Source: a virus (taxonomy: Duplodnaviria; Heunggongvirae; Uroviricota; Caudoviricetes). Taken from it: DNA of 7,936 nt. The notes under the pieces were generated by a model. That model was not told the DNA's origin. It did no database searches and worked only from the letters and a program-made list of their open reading frames with translations. Position 1 is the stretch's first letter; each line of letters starts with the position of its first letter. The DNA lies in the IMG/VR virus record IMGVR_UViG_2654587792_000005, positions 1-7,936 of that record; one strand, 5' to 3'. This document shows positions 6,852-7,936 of the stretch, piece after piece. The translations under genes were made by a program, and so were the position numbers.

Positions 6852-7233
6852 TTCTGAGTTTTTGTCTTCGGCCGAACGTTGTTTTGCTGAAGATTGTGAG
6901 ATTGGTTATCGTAATGCTATTTCACGAGCATATTACGCTCTCTACCATGAAATTAAAGATAATCTAACTAGTCTTCCTGCTTATACTCGGGATCATCATG
7001 CCAGCCTTATCTCTTATCTTAAAAATAAGGGAGAAAATAAACTGGAACCCTATGATCCTCGAAGTCTAAAATCTATGGCTTACAAACTTGAGCAACAGAG
7101 GTTAGCTCGGAATGAGGCTGATTATGATTTAAGTAGTTGTGGCATAAATAAAGCAATGGCACAACAATCAATCTTGGAAGTAAAAACAATTTTTTCTCAA
7201 TGGGAACAAATGAAGACTGATGTAGCCGTTTAG
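6838..7233 (+). CDS. Small HEPN-like protein, second gene of accessory two-gene operon (131 aa)
   Basis: ATG 6838 with AAGAG 8 nt upstream, overlapping the upstream gene. The helix SAERCFAEDCEIGYRNAISRAYYALYHEIKD carries R30-x6-H37 (nt 6925-6948). A second His pair follows (DHHASLISYL), then a C-terminal helix QQRLARNEADYD. From memory this resembles canonical HEPN-domain proteins; the domain call is unverified. Stop TAG 7231-7233. Confidence 0.5.
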   Translation: MPITSSEFLSSAERCFAEDCEIGYRNAISRAYYALYHEIKDNLTSLPAYTRDHHASLISYLKNKGENKLEPYDPRSLKSMAYKLEQQRLARNEADYDLSSCGINKAMAQQSILEVKTIFSQWEQMKTDVAV

Positions 7234-7252
7234 GTCTAACTGATTTATTAAT

Positions 7253-7280
7253 AAAAACCCGCCACTTGGCGGGTTTTTTG
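7253..7280 (+). terminator. Rho-independent terminator (A-tract, GC stem-loop, T-tract; potentially bidirectional)
   Basis: AAAAA-CCCGCC-ACTT-GGCGGG-TTTTTTG: a perfect 6-bp all-GC stem (7258-7263 with 7268-7273), a 4-nt loop, then six T. It lies 20 nt after the HEPN-like gene stop; the flanking A-tract would allow function on the opposite strand too. Confidence 0.8.
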
Positions 7281-7298
7281 CTTTCTGGAGCCTACTAA

Positions 7299-7936
7299 AT
7301 GGCAGTATCTGACCAGACCCGCAGCGGCGACCTTGCCGAAACATTCAAATCTGAACGGGAAACAACAAAGAACCAGATCCGTGTCGCCTTGCCTGGCATT
7401 ATTCAGTCATTCGATCCTGATGCGGTGACGGCAGTTGTGCAGCCTGCTATCCGTTCGGTTGAAAAGGATAATGACGGCAACCGCATTACCCAAAATTACC
7501 CATTGCTGGTGGATGTGCCAGTGGTATTCCCGCGTGGCGGAGGCTGTACGCTAACGTTTCCAGTTAAAGCCGGTGATGAATGTTTGGTGATTTTTGCCGA
7601 TCGTTGTATTGATTTCTGGTGGCAGAGTGGCGGGATACAGGAGCCGGTCGATGACAGAATGCATGATTTATCGGATGCGTTTTGTATTGTCGGTCCCCAG
7701 TCGCAGGCAAGGAAGATTAGCGGTATTAATACCAGTGCCACACAGTTGCGTAGTGATGACGGCAGCACCTATTTTGAGCTTAATCCTGATACCAGGAAAA
7801 TTAAAATTGTCGCTCCGGGGGGCCTTGATGTGGTTGCCCCTCTGGCTGATTTTTCTGAGAAAGTAACCATTCATGGCCTGTTAACCTGGATGGGAGGCAT
7901 GGTGGGGTCTGTTGTTTCTGGTGTGGCTTCAAAAAT
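7299..7936 (+). CDS. Baseplate central spike-like protein (gpV / gp138-like), N-terminal part; 3-prime end beyond window
   Basis: ATG 7299 has GGAG (7287-7290) 8 nt upstream. The frame has no stop over 212 codons to the window end (hand translation: MAVSDQTRSGDLAETFKSERETTKNQIRVALPGIIQSFDPDAVTAVVQPAI...LVDVPVVFPRGGGCTLTFPVKAGDECLVIFADRCIDFWWQSGG...). The ORF track omits it because it has no stop. GC returns to the tail-module level. The spike call rests on position after the hub gene and on a remembered N-terminal pattern, so it is tentative. Confidence 0.5.
   Translation, partial: MAVSDQTRSGDLAETFKSERETTKNQIRVALPGIIQSFDPDAVTAVVQPAIRSVEKDNDGNRITQNYPLLVDVPVVFPRGGGCTLTFPVKAGDECLVIFADRCIDFWWQSGGIQEPVDDRMHDLSDAFCIVGPQSQARKISGINTSATQLRSDDGSTYFELNPDTRKIKIVAPGGLDVVAPLADFSEKVTIHGLLTWMGGMVGSVVSGVASK

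Noticed and set aside
5430-7300. Mobile-element signatures (inverted or direct repeats, transposase, integrase) flanking the low-GC insertion
   Set aside because: I found no matching repeats at the two GC boundaries and no transposase-like or integrase-like ORF. The insertion looks like a moron acquired by illegitimate recombination, not a transposon.
7496-7874. ORF-track calls 7594-7866 (+), 7496-7768 (-) and 7668-7874 (-)
   Set aside because: They fall inside the stop-free frame starting at ATG 7299, which has an RBS and tail-module composition; the alternative-frame products look like low-complexity artefacts.
1-7936. CRISPR arrays, tRNA or rRNA genes, attachment sites
   Set aside because: No regularly spaced direct repeats, no cloverleaf-like tRNA candidates and no rRNA-like sequence were seen by eye; coding density is near 95%.

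Overview
This window is one + strand block of a contractile-tail (myovirus-type) phage or prophage tail module, interrupted by a low-GC accessory insertion that holds the most interesting candidate. The tail genes run: sheath C-terminus (open from nt 1), tube, tail assembly chaperone with a programmed -1 frameshift extension, tape measure protein, three tightly coupled baseplate-proximal genes (195, 100 and 354 aa), and the N-terminal part of a central spike-like protein that runs off the 3-prime end. The insertion (about 5446-7280) sits between the 354-aa hub-like gene and the spike gene. Hand counts on sample 60-nt stretches give about 38-42% GC inside it versus about 58% in the tape measure gene. 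It encodes a signal-peptide protein and then, behind its own sigma70-like promoter and ahead of a strong intrinsic terminator, an overlapping two-gene operon (256 aa + 131 aa). Both products carry an R-x6-H helix reminiscent of HEPN RNase domains. I rate that pair as the best candidate for an undescribed system: an RNase-type toxin-antitoxin or abortive-infection module carried as a moron. No tRNA, rRNA, CRISPR array, transposase or integrase was seen. All functional names come from synteny and motif recognition by eye; no database search was run.
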